From Haliotis rufescens (taxonomy: Eukaryota): 64,000 bases of DNA. A program made the position numbers and the translations under genes. The stretch covers positions 11,160,001-11,224,000 of the forward strand of contig NW_025963779.1 in the NCBI RefSeq assembly GCF_023055435.1, written 5' to 3'. Under the pieces are notes generated by a model, which was given only the letters and a program-made list of their open reading frames with translations, was not told the DNA's origin and ran no database searches. This document shows, in pieces, positions 38,701 to 52,058 of the stretch. Positions within the stretch are counted from its first letter, which is position 1; every line of letters starts with the position of its first letter.

Positions 38701-41700
38701 TTTGAAAATATATACACTATTTTTGTCTTCAATTCACTGTGTATCAAGCATGTGTCCGTCTGTGGCTGGTTTTACTAATCTTTTTTAACGCCACACTCGG
38801 CAATATTCCAGCTATATGACAGCGGTCTGTAAATAATCAAGCCCAGACCCGACAATCCAGTGATTGACGTCATGAGCGTCGATCCACTCAATTGGGATAC
38901 AATGACCTGCATCAACCAAGTCAGCGAGTCTGGGAACCCGATCCCATTAGTCCCCTTTCACGACAAGCATGGGTGGCTGAAGACCAATCCTAGCCCAGAC
39001 TAGTGCCAGTTTTAAAGTGCTAGCCTTCTAAGAAAAACCATGCTGCAGTTTAACATGGATACCCCACTCAGACACAGTATACTGACTGAGCTGGCCAGTC
39101 CTTTTGCCAAGCATGAGGCATGGTAACAACAAGTACCATCTTTTAACATCTTTTGGTATGATGAGGCCAGAGATCGAAACTACCGACCTAAGGCTCTCTG
39201 GGCAGATGCTCTATCCACTACACCATGGGAGCAGTCGGTCTATCCACTACACCATGGGAGCAGTCGGTCTATCCACTACACCATGGGAGCGGTCGGTCTA
39301 TCCACTACACCATTGGAGCAGTCGGTCTATCCACTACACCATGGGAGCAGTCGGTCTATCCACTACACCATTGGAGCAGTCGGTCTATCCACTACACAAT
39401 GGGAGCAGTTGGTCTATCCACTACACCATGGGAGCAGTCGGTCTATCCACTACACCATGGGAGCAGTCGGTATACACACTACACCATGGGAGCAGTCGGT
39501 CTATCCACTACACCATGGGAGCAGTCGGTCTATCCACTACACCATGGGAGCAGTCGGTCTATCGACCACATCATGGGGGCAGTCGGTCATATGGGTACTC
39601 ACCCCCAAACATTCTTCTTGTACTTGTCTCCAAGTCGTGTGAGAATTGAGATGTAATCGTTACGGCACTTGGACTGACAGTCGAGGATGTGAGGAAGAAT
39701 AGCGATGACACACAGCTGATGATTCTCACAATTGTCTTTCAATACCTGGGCATTCGTCACCTGAACAGGAGATTCGTTGTATCAATGCATAGCCCTCAAA
39801 ATTAATGCAACTCATGATATTACAGGGCTAATAATGTTAGTCCTTCGTGTGAGTGAAACGTGAAACGTGACCCTTAATACCTGATACTGCTGTGATTCAG
39901 CTTCATACCACCCAACATTTCCATCGATGATGACTTTCTTCTCTAGTAATGAGTGACAGTATGCTGGATTACCTCCCCCTACCTGAACCACTTGTGCTTT
40001 TGTTTGATTGTTTTTTGTTGTACATTGATACACTGTTGTTTTTATGTTGTTTACGGCACACTCTGCAATATTCCTGTTACATGATGGTGGTCGGTAAATA
40101 ATCAAGTCTGGGCCAGACAATCCAGTGATTGACATCATGAGCATTGGTCATTGACAATTGGGACCATGCATGCATCAACCAAGTCAGCAAGCCTGACCAC
40201 CTGATCCCGTTTGTCGCCTCTTACGACGTGAATAGTCGCCTCTTAAGACAAGCATGGGTTGCTGAAGACCACTTCTAACCCGGATCTTCACAGGTGCTGA
40301 ACTACTTGTGTGTGAGTGAAGCTTGAGTTGGGAACCTGATTGTCTATAAACTTTGGAATCAGGCTCCTTGTGAATTGGAGTTGGCTCCAAAACATATTTG
40401 CTGTAGCTACAAGACTAGAATCAGGGCCCCATTCCACAAAGCCATCTTAGCGCTAAGGTGATCGTAACTCCCATACTTTAACACTGGTTTACGATAGTCG
40501 TAGCACTAAGATCGCTTTGTAAAAGGGGGCCAAGGAGCCAGGTGGTCCTGTAGGAGTGGGTGTGAGTGTGAGTGAGGCCTTCCTTCAGTTCTACACTGTT
40601 ATCATTACACCCATATTCCTGGAGAAACTTCAGTATTGTTTGTGGGTTTTGTTTTGTATAACATCACATTCAGCAATATTTCAGCTATGCAGCCACTAAA
40701 CAATAAGGCCTGGACCAGAAAATCCAGTGATTGATATCCTGCTGCAACGATCTGCAACAATCCACACCATTGGAGTACAATGACAGTGACTCAACCAAGT
40801 CACCAAGTCTGACCAACAATCCATTAGCCCAAAACTTATGACCAACACAGGTCTTGTGGACCATTTGTAATCCGGAATCTGATGACCGCCAGCATTATGT
40901 GAAAAGTTCAGTGCCGGAGCACCTCCACCTACCTGAACCACTTCTGGAGGAGGGATGTTGGCAGCAGCCTTTTCTGTAGCCCAGGCGATGATGTCTGATG
41001 CTGTTCGACCTCCATCATAATCATCTGCACCATCCTTCTTACCACTTGAGAAATACTTGATTGTCGGGAAGCCTTGAATCTGGGAAAGTTACTCTCCATT
41101 ACAAGTTGCTTCTTCACATACACACCACATAATACTGAAAGTTTCTTTGATTAATTGACAAGGGGCGTAAGCTACTTTCAGCAGTACAGTAAACTACATT
41201 TATAATGAACACGCTTATTAGGAACTGACGGCTATAAGAAACTGGTTTTTGTGCCCATCCATTTCCTATGTATATGCTGTATATATGGTAAAACAAACTA
41301 CTGGTCCCTCTGAGTTCGTTATAACCAATTTACTGTATTCCAGTAATATCAAGGTAAGGGGACACCAGAAATGGACTTCACACATCATATCCATGTGATG
41401 ATTTGAACCCCATTATTTGAGAAAAGCCAAAGCTTAACCACCAGATTAACCCACGGCCCCCCAAAATATCAATGAAGTCACTTGTCCAACTTGTAAAGGT
41501 TACTGTTATCAGTAATTTCACTGATCAGAATCCACACAAACAGTGAGTGAGTGAGTATGGTTTTATGCTGCTTTTAGCAATATTCCAGCAATATCATGGC
41601 CGGGGACACCAGAAATGGGCTTCACACAATGTACCCATGTCAGGAATCGAACCCGGGTCTTCGGTGTGATGAGCGAACACTTTAACCACTAGGCTATCCG

Positions 41701-44700
41701 ACTGCCCCCCACACAGAAAGAAGTATGAGAAATATGAATTACTATAGAATTTACAGTGAAATTAGCATGTCTCTGATCCTGCATAAGATCTAAACCACAT
41801 GTTAACAACATAAAACCAAGGAGACATAGTTATTTTAGCACAGGCCTTTTCAGTAATACCAACTCAACCCATAACATGGCACTCTAAACAAGCAAAGGTA
41901 CGAATGACCAATCACTTACTCCATATCTGCTAGCCATGACAGTGTGAACTGTGGCATCCAGAGCACCCAACTTGACCTTGCCCTTGAGAGAGGTGGCAGC
42001 TTGAGCCCAGTGAGGGGCAAGGCTCTTGCAATGTCCACACCAGGGGGCGAAGAATTCCACCAGCCACATGTCTTCACTTTTCAGCACCAACTGCTCGAAG
42101 TTACTGTCTGTCAGTTCCACAACATCATCGGGGTTCCCGGGCTAGACGGAGATGACAGGTGATTACAACAATGTATCATAGACAGTGCTGAACATTACTG
42201 TCTACTATCCGTGCTGTCCAGTGCTGTCTACTGTCAGTGCTGAACATCACTGTCTACTATCACTGCTGTCTACTATCAGTGCGGAACATCACTGTCTATC
42301 AGTGCTGTCCAATGTTGCCTACTATCAGTGCTGAACATTAATGTCTACTATCCGTGCTGTCCAGTGCTGTCTCCTATCAGTGCTGTCTACCATCAGTGCT
42401 GAAGATCACTGTCTACGATCAGTGCTGAAGATCACTGTCTACTATCAGTGCTGAACATTACTGCCTACTATCAGTGCTGTCTACTATCAGTGCTGTCTAC
42501 TATCAGTGCGGAACATCACTGTCTATCAGTGCTGTCTCCTATCAGTGCTGAACATTACTGCCTACTATCAGTGCTGAGCATTACTGCCTACTATCACTGC
42601 TGTCTACTATCAGTGCGGAACATCACTGTCTATCAGTGCTGTCCAATGCTGTCTACTATCAGTGCTGAACATTACCGCCTACTATCAGTGCTGTCTACTA
42701 TCAGTGCGAAACATCACTGTCTATCAGTGCTGTCTACTGTCAGTGCTGTCCAATGCTGTCTACTACCAGTGATGTTCATTACTGCCTACTACCAGTGCTG
42801 TACATTACAGCCTACTATCAGTGCTGTCTCCTATCAGTGCTGTCCAGTACTGCCTACTATCAGTGCTGTCTACTATCAGTGCTGTCCAGTACTGCCTACT
42901 ACCAGTGCTGTCTACTATCAGTGCTGTCTACTACCAGTGCTGTACATCACTGTCTACTATCAGTACTATCTACTATCAGTACTATCTACTATCAGTGCTG
43001 TCTACTATCAGTGCTGTCTACTATCAGTGCTGTCTCCTATCAGTGCTGTCCAGTACTGCCTACTGTCAGTGCTGGTGATGGTTTAAAGAAGCTATGACAG
43101 CCTTCTGTCCGGGTCATGATCTACTTACAGAGAGTACCATTTCTGAGTACACTGCACATCTCTTGAACATCAAACATTAATTAATGAGTGTAACAACTTA
43201 AATTTAGATAATCCATGTTGGAGACAGAACATACACATAGCTGGTCAAGTGGTCAATCATTGATCAATCATTGATCAATCATTTATCAATCATTGGTCGG
43301 TCAATCATTGGTCAGTCCCATGTATGATTCCATGATACGTACATCAGTCTATGTCATTCACAGTTAGCCTGATATCTTGTCTAGAAAGGTCTATTGCTTA
43401 TCTAAAGTATGAGGCAAACCACAAATTTGTCTGAAATAAAATAAATACAATGTGGCATCTCACCTTGCCACCGCTGCCTCCACTACTGCCGCCACCAGAC
43501 TTGCCACTGAGACGGGCATTCACGATACTCTTCAGCTGACTCAAGGCCTCGTTGACCATACTCTGAGCATCACGACCTCCTGATAAACACAAAGTAAATA
43601 AATAGATAAAAAGCCTGCCACAATAGATACAAGAAACAAAATGCTCAACAGTATCAGCAAAGCATCCATGCAATTATTTCTTCCTTCAATCATAAAATCA
43701 AAATCTTATCATCTCGACATCAAACATTTCACTAATCCACACCAAGTTTTTGCTTGGGAGTCAGTAGCTTCATTTTTACTTACCATTATAATCAGAGGGG
43801 CTGTTCTTGTTGGCCCCAAAGACTTTGATTGTTGGGAAGCCCCGGATGCCATATTGACCTCCGAGTCCTTTGTGTTCATCAGCATCAACAGCAGCCACCT
43901 TCACAACGCCCTGCAACCACGACATCAATCTGAATAGTCCTTTACATTTTACCATAATTGTTTCAGACTTAAAAGCAATATCAAAAGAACTTTTCACTAC
44001 TTTTGCCTAGGCTTAAAAAAATTAAAGAATTGATTCTCAGGCAATGACTTTTAAAAATATAGTGCGGGGGTTGTTGGTAACCAAATAAACAGTTGTGTAC
44101 CATCAACCTGGGAAAGGGCCTCCCTACATAACAAGCATACAAACTCGTATAGCCACCATGACACAAGATACACAGTAGAGCAATGCGCATGTAAAGGGAA
44201 GTAACTGTGCTATATTGGATCGCTTGTTTTTAAGTATTAGGATTATTCTATTTTTTGTAAAATGGAAAAGAAAACAAAATGTGTGGCCGACTTCATGATA
44301 CGGGCAGTGCCTGAGAACCAAGAGTATTATTTTTTTAAGCCTTAATTGTGCATCATTCACGGAGGCAGAACTATTCATGCATATCACTCACCTTGAGAGC
44401 CTTAGCAACCTTCTTCCATTCTGGAGCCAAGCTGCGGCAATGTCCACACCTGCAGAAGTGACAAGAATTTTAATGATGGAATACCATACTGTCCATACAA
44501 AAACCAGGAAACAGCATCAATGAATTTACTCACTGACACATGTCATATCGTTTCTAGGTTCAAATACTTATCAAAATGGAGTGGGACAGTTCCACGAACA
44601 AGGTGAACATGACAGTCTGTAACTTCAACCACTGGTCTGAAAATGCTGTTAGGTCTTGTAAGATCAGATAATAATAGTCCATAAGACTAAAATGTACTAA

Positions 44701-47181
44701 AATGTACGCTAAGAGCCATGTTTGGGCAAGTAGACTTAAGAGATCATGGCACAGACTGACATGCTGAATGATTTATTACAATATTTCTGACAAAGCACAC
44801 ACCAAGGAGCATAGAATTCCACAAGGACAACTCCATCGTAGTTTTTGACCTCCCTGTCGAAGTTGTTGGCAGTTAGCTCCACAACATCATCTGACGAGGA
44901 GTACAGGCATGACACCGTCGCCACTAGCGACACAGCATACAACGACCAACCTACAAAACAAACAACAAAGTTCACATATGCTTTACCTACTGGATGTTTC
45001 TAGTCTGATGATAAAGCCATTAATGAATGAGATGATAAATAAGAAGGCAAAGATAAAATCTACATTCAGGACAGCCTAAGGCATAGTTGTGTGGTGTTGT
45101 GAGCAATAGTCGTCACAGAACACAGGTATAGCATCACAACTGACCGGAGTGAGTGAGTGAGTGAGTGAGTGAGTGAAAGTGTGAGTGAGTGAGTGAGTCT
45201 GACCACCCGATCCAAATTATTTCTTGCAAATGAAACTTGTCTACTTTGACAAGTGATTGCACATCTGGCGAAGGCCAACTAACTCCAAGTACATTTCCGC
45301 AAGTTAGTATGATATATTTGTGCAATGTCGCTTCATATACAGCAGTTTACTGATGAGAATAGCTGATAAGGTTTGTGAGCCACGCATGTGAAAAGATAAT
45401 CTGAATTCGGGAGTCTTTTGTACGGCAATTTCATCCTGAAACCCAAGAGAGGGAAGTCCAGAAAAGACAGATGTTATTGAATGGAAACATAACATAGTAA
45501 ATAAGGGACCTCACATTTGCCCGGTGTTGGTAGGAAATGGGTGTAGTCATGAGTCCAGATATGAAAGGGTTCCACTGTACATGTATTTCAAAAGTCATGC
45601 CTGCTTTACACTATATACTACTAAACAGATGTTAAAGAACATCTGATTCTTTCACATTGTCTATGGCAAGACAGATTAACTATTGTAAACTACGGTTATA
45701 ACGAACTCGAACGGACTACTAATTTTAGTTTGTAATAACTGTAGATCATAATAAGCATATATAGCATATATACAACAAATGGCCGGGACTAAAAATAAGT
45801 TTGTTGTATTGGTCAGTTCATTATAAGCGTGTTCATTATCAACGTAGTTTACTGTATAGTAATATGAGTGACTTAGTTGAGCTTAATGCCACAGTGAAAA
45901 GTATTCCAGTTATATCATAGCATGTCAGCTTAATGAGGGGGGAAAGCATGAAGTGACGCAGGTCTTAAACGTTTATCAATTTGGTGAAACCCACAAGCAT
46001 GGCTAGTGTGCTGACAAATCTTAATAACATAATCGGGGCGAACCGGGTCACAGGTTTCTGGAGAACCCAAGGGATGCAACTATGCACAGCAACTTCCAAC
46101 ACCTTAGATGACTGGGCTACCCAGTTGAGTAACAAACTCTTTATTAGCTAAAAAGGCCATATATTGATTTTTTTCTTATATGTGTAACAGACTTGGCAAA
46201 TTCTATTAATGTCAGACACAAGCAGTTAATTACTGAAGTAATTACAAGTAATTACCAAACGAGACCTGAGTACAATACCAGGCTTTCGGGGCAACAGTTC
46301 GTAAAATGTACAGCTGTTGATTGATTGATTAAATCTGAATAGGGATGTTGTTGCTACAAGAGCACTTTTTTAAATCTTTTAATCAGTTGGCTTGGTTCCT
46401 TTGTTTTTATCCCTCAATTTTGAATGTATTATAGTGTGGGAAAATTAAAATGAGACAAGCTGCTTTGCTTGTAACGAACTAAGGATATAACGAACACATT
46501 CTCTTAACCATGTTTTACTGTTTTAAAAAGAAAATATATATAAAAAAACTTCTACATTTGACATAAAACAATTTCTACTTCCATATCTGGGAATAGGAAA
46601 TGTCTCATGCAAATAGGAATCAATCAGTTGAAAGGTCTTGATAAATCCAAACATCTGTACGGACTTTTACAGTATGTGACTATGTCATCAAATAAACGTA
46701 AAGTTCTGATTTGTCACATCAATGTCATCATTAATACATAATTGATATATATAACATTTCATGTAGTTGTTACAGCCTGTCCAGAATAGGAAAACAGAAC
46801 ATTGAATGTGTTGAAATTAAGAAAAATGTTGGATTTGGGGGGGAGCCAAAGAAACGTACAACTCCAAGTGGGCTCCCCAACATGAATACCCAGAATACAC
46901 GTAAATCGTCTGAATTGACCAACATCGCTTTGTTAAACATTACGCAAATGTTGTCACTTACTGATTAATTATATCAATACCAATATCAGTAAATGCGTCC
47001 CTGTTCGAAATCACGAGTTCAGCGGTTTAGCTCACGAAAACTGGTGACAAGAAACAATAATAACACCTCTTGGTGCCACTCGTGGCACTGCATCGCCCTC
47101 CCCTCTACAGAAAACATACAGTGGAAAATAAATCTTGAATTATCATTAGATGTATTAGGTCACCAAGCACTTACCTAACAT
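35792..47181 (-). CDS. PDIA6: Protein disulfide-isomerase A6 (P5), 12 exons: 47175-47181, 44803-44950, 44392-44449, 43784-43910, 43464-43579, 41920-42141, 40933-41079, 39603-39760, 37453-37525, 36643-36728, 36037-36133, 35792-35860; 435 aa
   Basis: Signal peptide, two thioredoxin domains with APWCGHC, Gly-rich linker, [13 protein letters not shown] b domain, GIGGFGYP, acidic tail ending KDEL-stop. All introns GT-AG with consistent phases. Confidence 0.96.
37582..37751 (-). mobile_element. SINE family A (tRNA-derived, ~170 bp); other copies ~11558, 29347, 32128, 38237, 41542, 48314, 59755
   Basis: A box TAGCCTAGTGG, B box GGTTCRATTCC, (ACTC)n tail. TSDs: tcatttaataata here, tgatgtcttaga (38237), ccaagaatttaga (59755). 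Confidence 0.88.
39210..39588. repeat. 29-bp minisatellite (tctatccactacaccatgggagcagtcgg) x~13, derived from the head of a family C SINE (38995-39238)
   Basis: The unit equals the SINE 5' terminus (compare 55670-55697). Confidence 0.9.
40424..40531. mobile_element. Small foldback MITE, PIF/Harbinger-like ends
   Basis: ~30-bp imperfect TIRs gggccccattccacaaagccatcttagcgcta / tagcactaagatcgctttgtaaaagggggcc. Confidence 0.6.
42180..43075. repeat. Degenerate short-unit satellite (tatcagtgctgtctac and variants) in PDIA6 intron 5
   Basis: Direct reading. Confidence 0.92.
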
Positions 47182-47293
47182 GTTGTGCACGTCTATCACC
47201 AACCGGGTTTGCGAGATTGAATGAACAAGCCGATACTTTAGTGTGTATTTTGCGTGGAGACAACACACGTTGACTAGGCCCTCCAATACGGAT

Positions 47294-47312
47294 CGTGGAG
47301 TTTTCTGATTGG
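47294..47312 (-). promoter_or_regulatory. ER stress response element (ERSE, CCAAT-N9-CCACG)
   Basis: Minus strand reads CCAAT-CAGAAAACT-CCACG, 113 nt upstream of the PDIA6 ATG. Confidence 0.8.
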
Positions 47313-48888
47313 ACAACAGCTGCAGTACGTGTCAAATATAAGCCGGTACTTCCCTCCAAGGGAAGTAACTCTCCTCATCACACGATTCGATCAATGAATG
47401 TCACATTGTATCCAAACATATGTTACTCCCTAATTCAAACAAGTAATATTGAACTGTTATTACCTAAAATAATCACTAATACCGACGAGAAAATGGAGAA
47501 ATATCTATTTCCATTTAACTTCCTAGCATTTGTCTCACCCGGTTATGAATTATTAAATTGTGATAGTTTGCTCAAATTTTACAATTATAAATTCAAAAAG
47601 GACAGGACACTTAAGATATGTAACATATCTTTTATTTAACCTTTTGATAGGAAGATATTTTATAATTGCGGTGGCAGGGCGCAATATCGGAAGACAATCG
47701 ATTGCAGAGTACATTCTTCCTAAAAATATATCTTCAACGATCTTTGAATTTCTTTCATACTGTTTTAAGCAGCTGCATGGTGATTTCTTGACAAAATTTA
47801 TCCACGAGACCCCTGTTTGTTGAAAGAGCCGAATAAATGAACATTCGGTGGCCACAGTGAATAATGAGTAATCGAGGTATTTGGATTTCATTGTGAACAA
47901 GTCGAATCTGCATCTTCTACGACGACGACGTTGAATGTTACGTTGACCACATATCGTACACTGGTTTGTCTGGTCGAAACTACTATTTTAAATAGTCGTC
48001 ACACATGTAGCTGTGAAATGTATGACAGTAATATCTAACATACCAGCAGCGATCAAGCTCGTGTGACAAACATTCCATGTGACACAATATGGCGATATCG
48101 CCACAGTGGATACAGTATTGTTATTTACATGAACTTTACACATGGATATAATACACGAACATATATATCATCATTATCGTATTTCTCGAACAGTGTAATG
48201 TATCCCTCCTGTTGCATCCGCCAGGGAGCCAAGTTCATCAGATAACGTTACGCCGACGGCAGGTTCATCCATGTGTAGGACAGATTGCTCTAATGTCTAC
48301 GCACCGATTAACTAGTGAGTATGATTTTACACCGCTTTTAACAATATTCCAGCAATATCACGGCGGGGGACACCAGAAATGGACTTACACATTGTACCAA
48401 TGTCGGGAATCGAACCGGGTCTTCGGCGTGACGAGCGAACGCTTTAACCACTAGGCTACCCGACCGGCCCCACAGATTAACTAGACCAGATAAGAATCTT
48501 TATACACTTTCAACTATATAGCTACAAAGATGTACATATAAATACGTCGCTGTAGATAATGTCGTAAGATGCGACTAACGGGATCGGGAGGTCAGGCTCG
48601 CTGACTTGGTTGAAGCATGTCATCTTTCCCAATTGCGTGGATCGATGCTCATGATGTCAATCACTGGATTGTCTGGTCCAGACTCGATTATGTACAGACC
48701 GCCGTCATTCAGCTGGAATATTTCTGAGTGCGGCGTTAAACAACCAACCAACCAATTATATTATATATTTATAGATAATTATTTTCGAGGTTTATTCTCT
48801 ACATCCCGGGCATGAAATAGAAACACATTTCACGATCTAAAATGTACAACACCTCCACTCCACTCCACTCCACCACCCCACCCCCCAC

Positions 48889-49022
48889 NNNNNNNNNNNN
48901 NNNNNNNNNNNNNNNNNNNNNNNNNNNNNNNNNNNNNNNNNNNNNNNNNNNNNNNNNNNNNNNNNNNNNNNNNNNNNNNNNNNNNNNNNNNNNNNNNNNN
49001 NNNNNNNNNNNNNNNNNNNNNN
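48889..49022. other. Assembly gap (134 N) next to a (CCACT)n/C-rich microsatellite
   Basis: N run. Confidence 0.99.
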
Positions 49023-51710
49023 CATAAACGAAGAATGTATTTTTATTTCAAAGAAAGAAGGTAGAAATCGCCGTATCTATAGTATTGTCTGTATTTTGCC
49101 CCAAACTGCATGTACTTATTATTCAGTTTTCCAAAGTTTCCAACGAAACAGATTCCTTTGAGCGTAAAGCAAAACAGCAAAAATTACAAATAACGAAACT
49201 TCAACTATAACACTGTGATGTATAAAAACTCACAAAAATCAATGTCTCCAGTTAACACCCCATTTGAAATTAAGTGTTGATTGTGCCTTTGAACATAATA
49301 TTGAACTTATTAAATAAAAAAACGGTCAGGAAATTGTATCACTTACATATAATCTATACTCATTAACCATATCAAATTCAGACTCAACTGCCGCGGTATG
49401 AACGTATAATGATATAACATTATACCGATTGCAACGGGAATGGGAAGCTAAGGACGTTCTGATTGAAATGATAGAATTGTATGTCTTTGTTTTACTACCA
49501 AACGTGTCTCACGCTAGTATTGTTCTTACAGAGATTGGGTATTTTATTGTTAATAAAGGACGGCTTAAAATGATATTATTTTCATCAGAACTCCAGACTC
49601 ATGTGCCAACAGCCTGTATTATTGATTTAAACACGTGAGCTGTACTGGGAATAACATTTCATTACAGCCTATTGGTTATTTGGTTGCCACCAATACAAGC
49701 TGCGGCCGCGTGCCTTAAACTGTTCTTTGGGCGACCTATCTATCATTCTATGGATTTGTTAATAGCCGATATATAAGTGCTGGGTTTGTATGACTTTTAG
49801 TAATTAACCCTAGGGTTAGAAAAAACGGAGTTTATAAGTATCGCATGTGAACTACTGCAAATACCACTTTAGCGCACCGGTGTACTGTTTACGTCAGCCT
49901 GATGGCATTGTTGACGTCATTCGAATCTTTTCGTGATGTAAGGTCGAATGACGTCACACTAGAAACGGCTTCATAACTGAAGAATGTTGATGTCATTGGA
50001 TAATGTGTTTTTTAACTAACAACATCCCAAGTCAATTAGCTTTATCTTTTTAAAGATATCTAAATAAGTGTGATTAACTCTTATGATATCTCAATTTGAG
50101 CGAGAGCCCGACATGGTGGTACTTCCGTGTCAGAGTTCAACAACGTAATCGATACATGCAGGTGACACCTGGATCTCGGCGATAGAGCTTGAGTGACGGA
50201 AGGTGATACCTATCTGATACGTGGGTCACAGCGCAGGGGTCTGGGGGCCACAGATGATGACACTGGGTCAAGGGAAATAATTAAACTCCATCAACTGATT
50301 AATTAGTCTGATAGCAGGCTGATCAAATTGAGTATGTTGGTCATATTTGAAACCAAGGCAGATATATTCGTTCGCTCACAACTCCTATTGGGGGTGCCAA
50401 AGAAAAATATATTTCAACATTGAAATATTGGCATCCTCTTTGCATCCAACGTACGGCACTGTTCGGAATACCACTTAACGGGGCTCGACATACGGCGTAC
50501 CTAAAGTCGAAACCAAGGCATATTTGTCGGGTTTATCATCACTTATTCAATCTGAAAATCAACATTTACTCACTCACTCTGAAGCTCAAATTGTTATTCT
50601 CTCTGATGTACAGCTTCTTGATATCATAATAATGTTTGTTTGTTTGTTGTTTAACGTCGCACTCAGCAATATGTCAGCTATATCATGGCGGTCTGTAAAT
50701 AATTGAGCCTGGGTCAGACAATCCAGTGATTGACATCATGAGCATCGATCCACGCAATTGGGATACGACGACATGCATCAACAAAGTCAGCGAGTCTGAC
50801 CACACGATCCCGTTCGTCGCCTCTTACGACCAGCATAGTCGCCTTTTACTGCAAGCCTGGGTTGCTGAAGACCTATTCTACCCCGGAGCTTCACGGGTCT
50901 CATATTCATGCAAACACATGGTATCGTGTGATATTGTTGCTTTCTGCCCCTTAGCAGTCTGTCAATTATACTTATCATTCTCACACATGAATGGCCTTAT
51001 CAATAAATGGCGGTCCACATCACCAAGTCATGGATATGTTCGGGGTTTTCAAACTCTGTATAAGGCAGCAAGGTATAGAAGAAAAAACAAATAAGTGGTA
51101 GGACTGTGGTCAAGATGGTTGTTTAGCTTTTGACCATTTACTCACATGTTATCGTTCACATTGGGGATTGCTAATTTTCTTCCGGTATTCAGTATGTGCT
51201 ACGCAAATGAGTTCGGTCTATTAGATATTTTACACCAAAGAGAATACGTTTTTTCAAAACTAATTCTGCTTAAAATGAAGCTTCAGATGACTTCTGAACG
51301 AGAGGGCAGCGCCATGTTACGTGATGCCTGCATTCGATCAGTACATAAAGATCTAAAGAAATACATGTAGCAAAGTGAAAAGAATACATTGGGTAATTAC
51401 GCAGCGTGTTCTTAAACGCCAGCGACACAAAACTAGTTGGGTAATGGTAATTTATTTTGCGTATTTTACGCAGAAACGCAGCTTATCTAGAGCGCTAGTT
51501 AGGATATGGTCAACACACATACTACATTTGGTTTTCAAAAGGGGTTTGGGATGTGGGGTGGTCCGGGCCCCCACCTCTGAAACCGCCTATGCCTAGCAAC
51601 ATGGGACAGCGACTAGCCTTTCCACATCGAGCTTCACCAAGACGCATCCTTGGACAGGATGCGAGAACAAATTTCTTACTCTCATTTCTTCTCCTCATAC
51701 CCAATAACAA

Positions 51711-52058
51711 GTGAGGTGAGGTGAAATTGGGTTTAACGTCGCGTCCAAGATTATTGCACTTATATAGCGACGTGCATGCACGTGTATGTGTGTGTGTGGC
51801 TGCTTGTACTAGTCCGGACTGATGCCGATTTATAGTGCTAGCCCACTGAGATACCATGCCGCAGTTTAACATGAATACCCCACTCAGACACAGTATACTG
51901 ACTCCGAGCCGACCAGTCCTTGTTTTAGCCCCTTAATGCCGAGCGCCAGACAGGGTAACAACAAGTACAATCTTTTAACGTCTTTTTGTATGACGCGGCC
52001 CGGGATCGAACCCTGGACCTTCCGCTCTCCGGGCGGACGCTCTACCACAAGACCACCC
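51711..52058 (-). mobile_element. SINE family C
   Basis: TSD cccaataacaagtg; another copy at 55425-55697. Confidence 0.85.

Noticed and set aside
42448-43097. Cys/Tyr-rich ORFs
   Set aside because: Low-complexity intronic satellite, antisense to PDIA6.
35792-47181. Selenocysteine, stop-codon readthrough or U12-type introns in the spliced genes
   Set aside because: Both PDIA6 active sites are TGT/TGC Cys, stop contexts are unremarkable, and all modelled introns are ordinary GT-AG.
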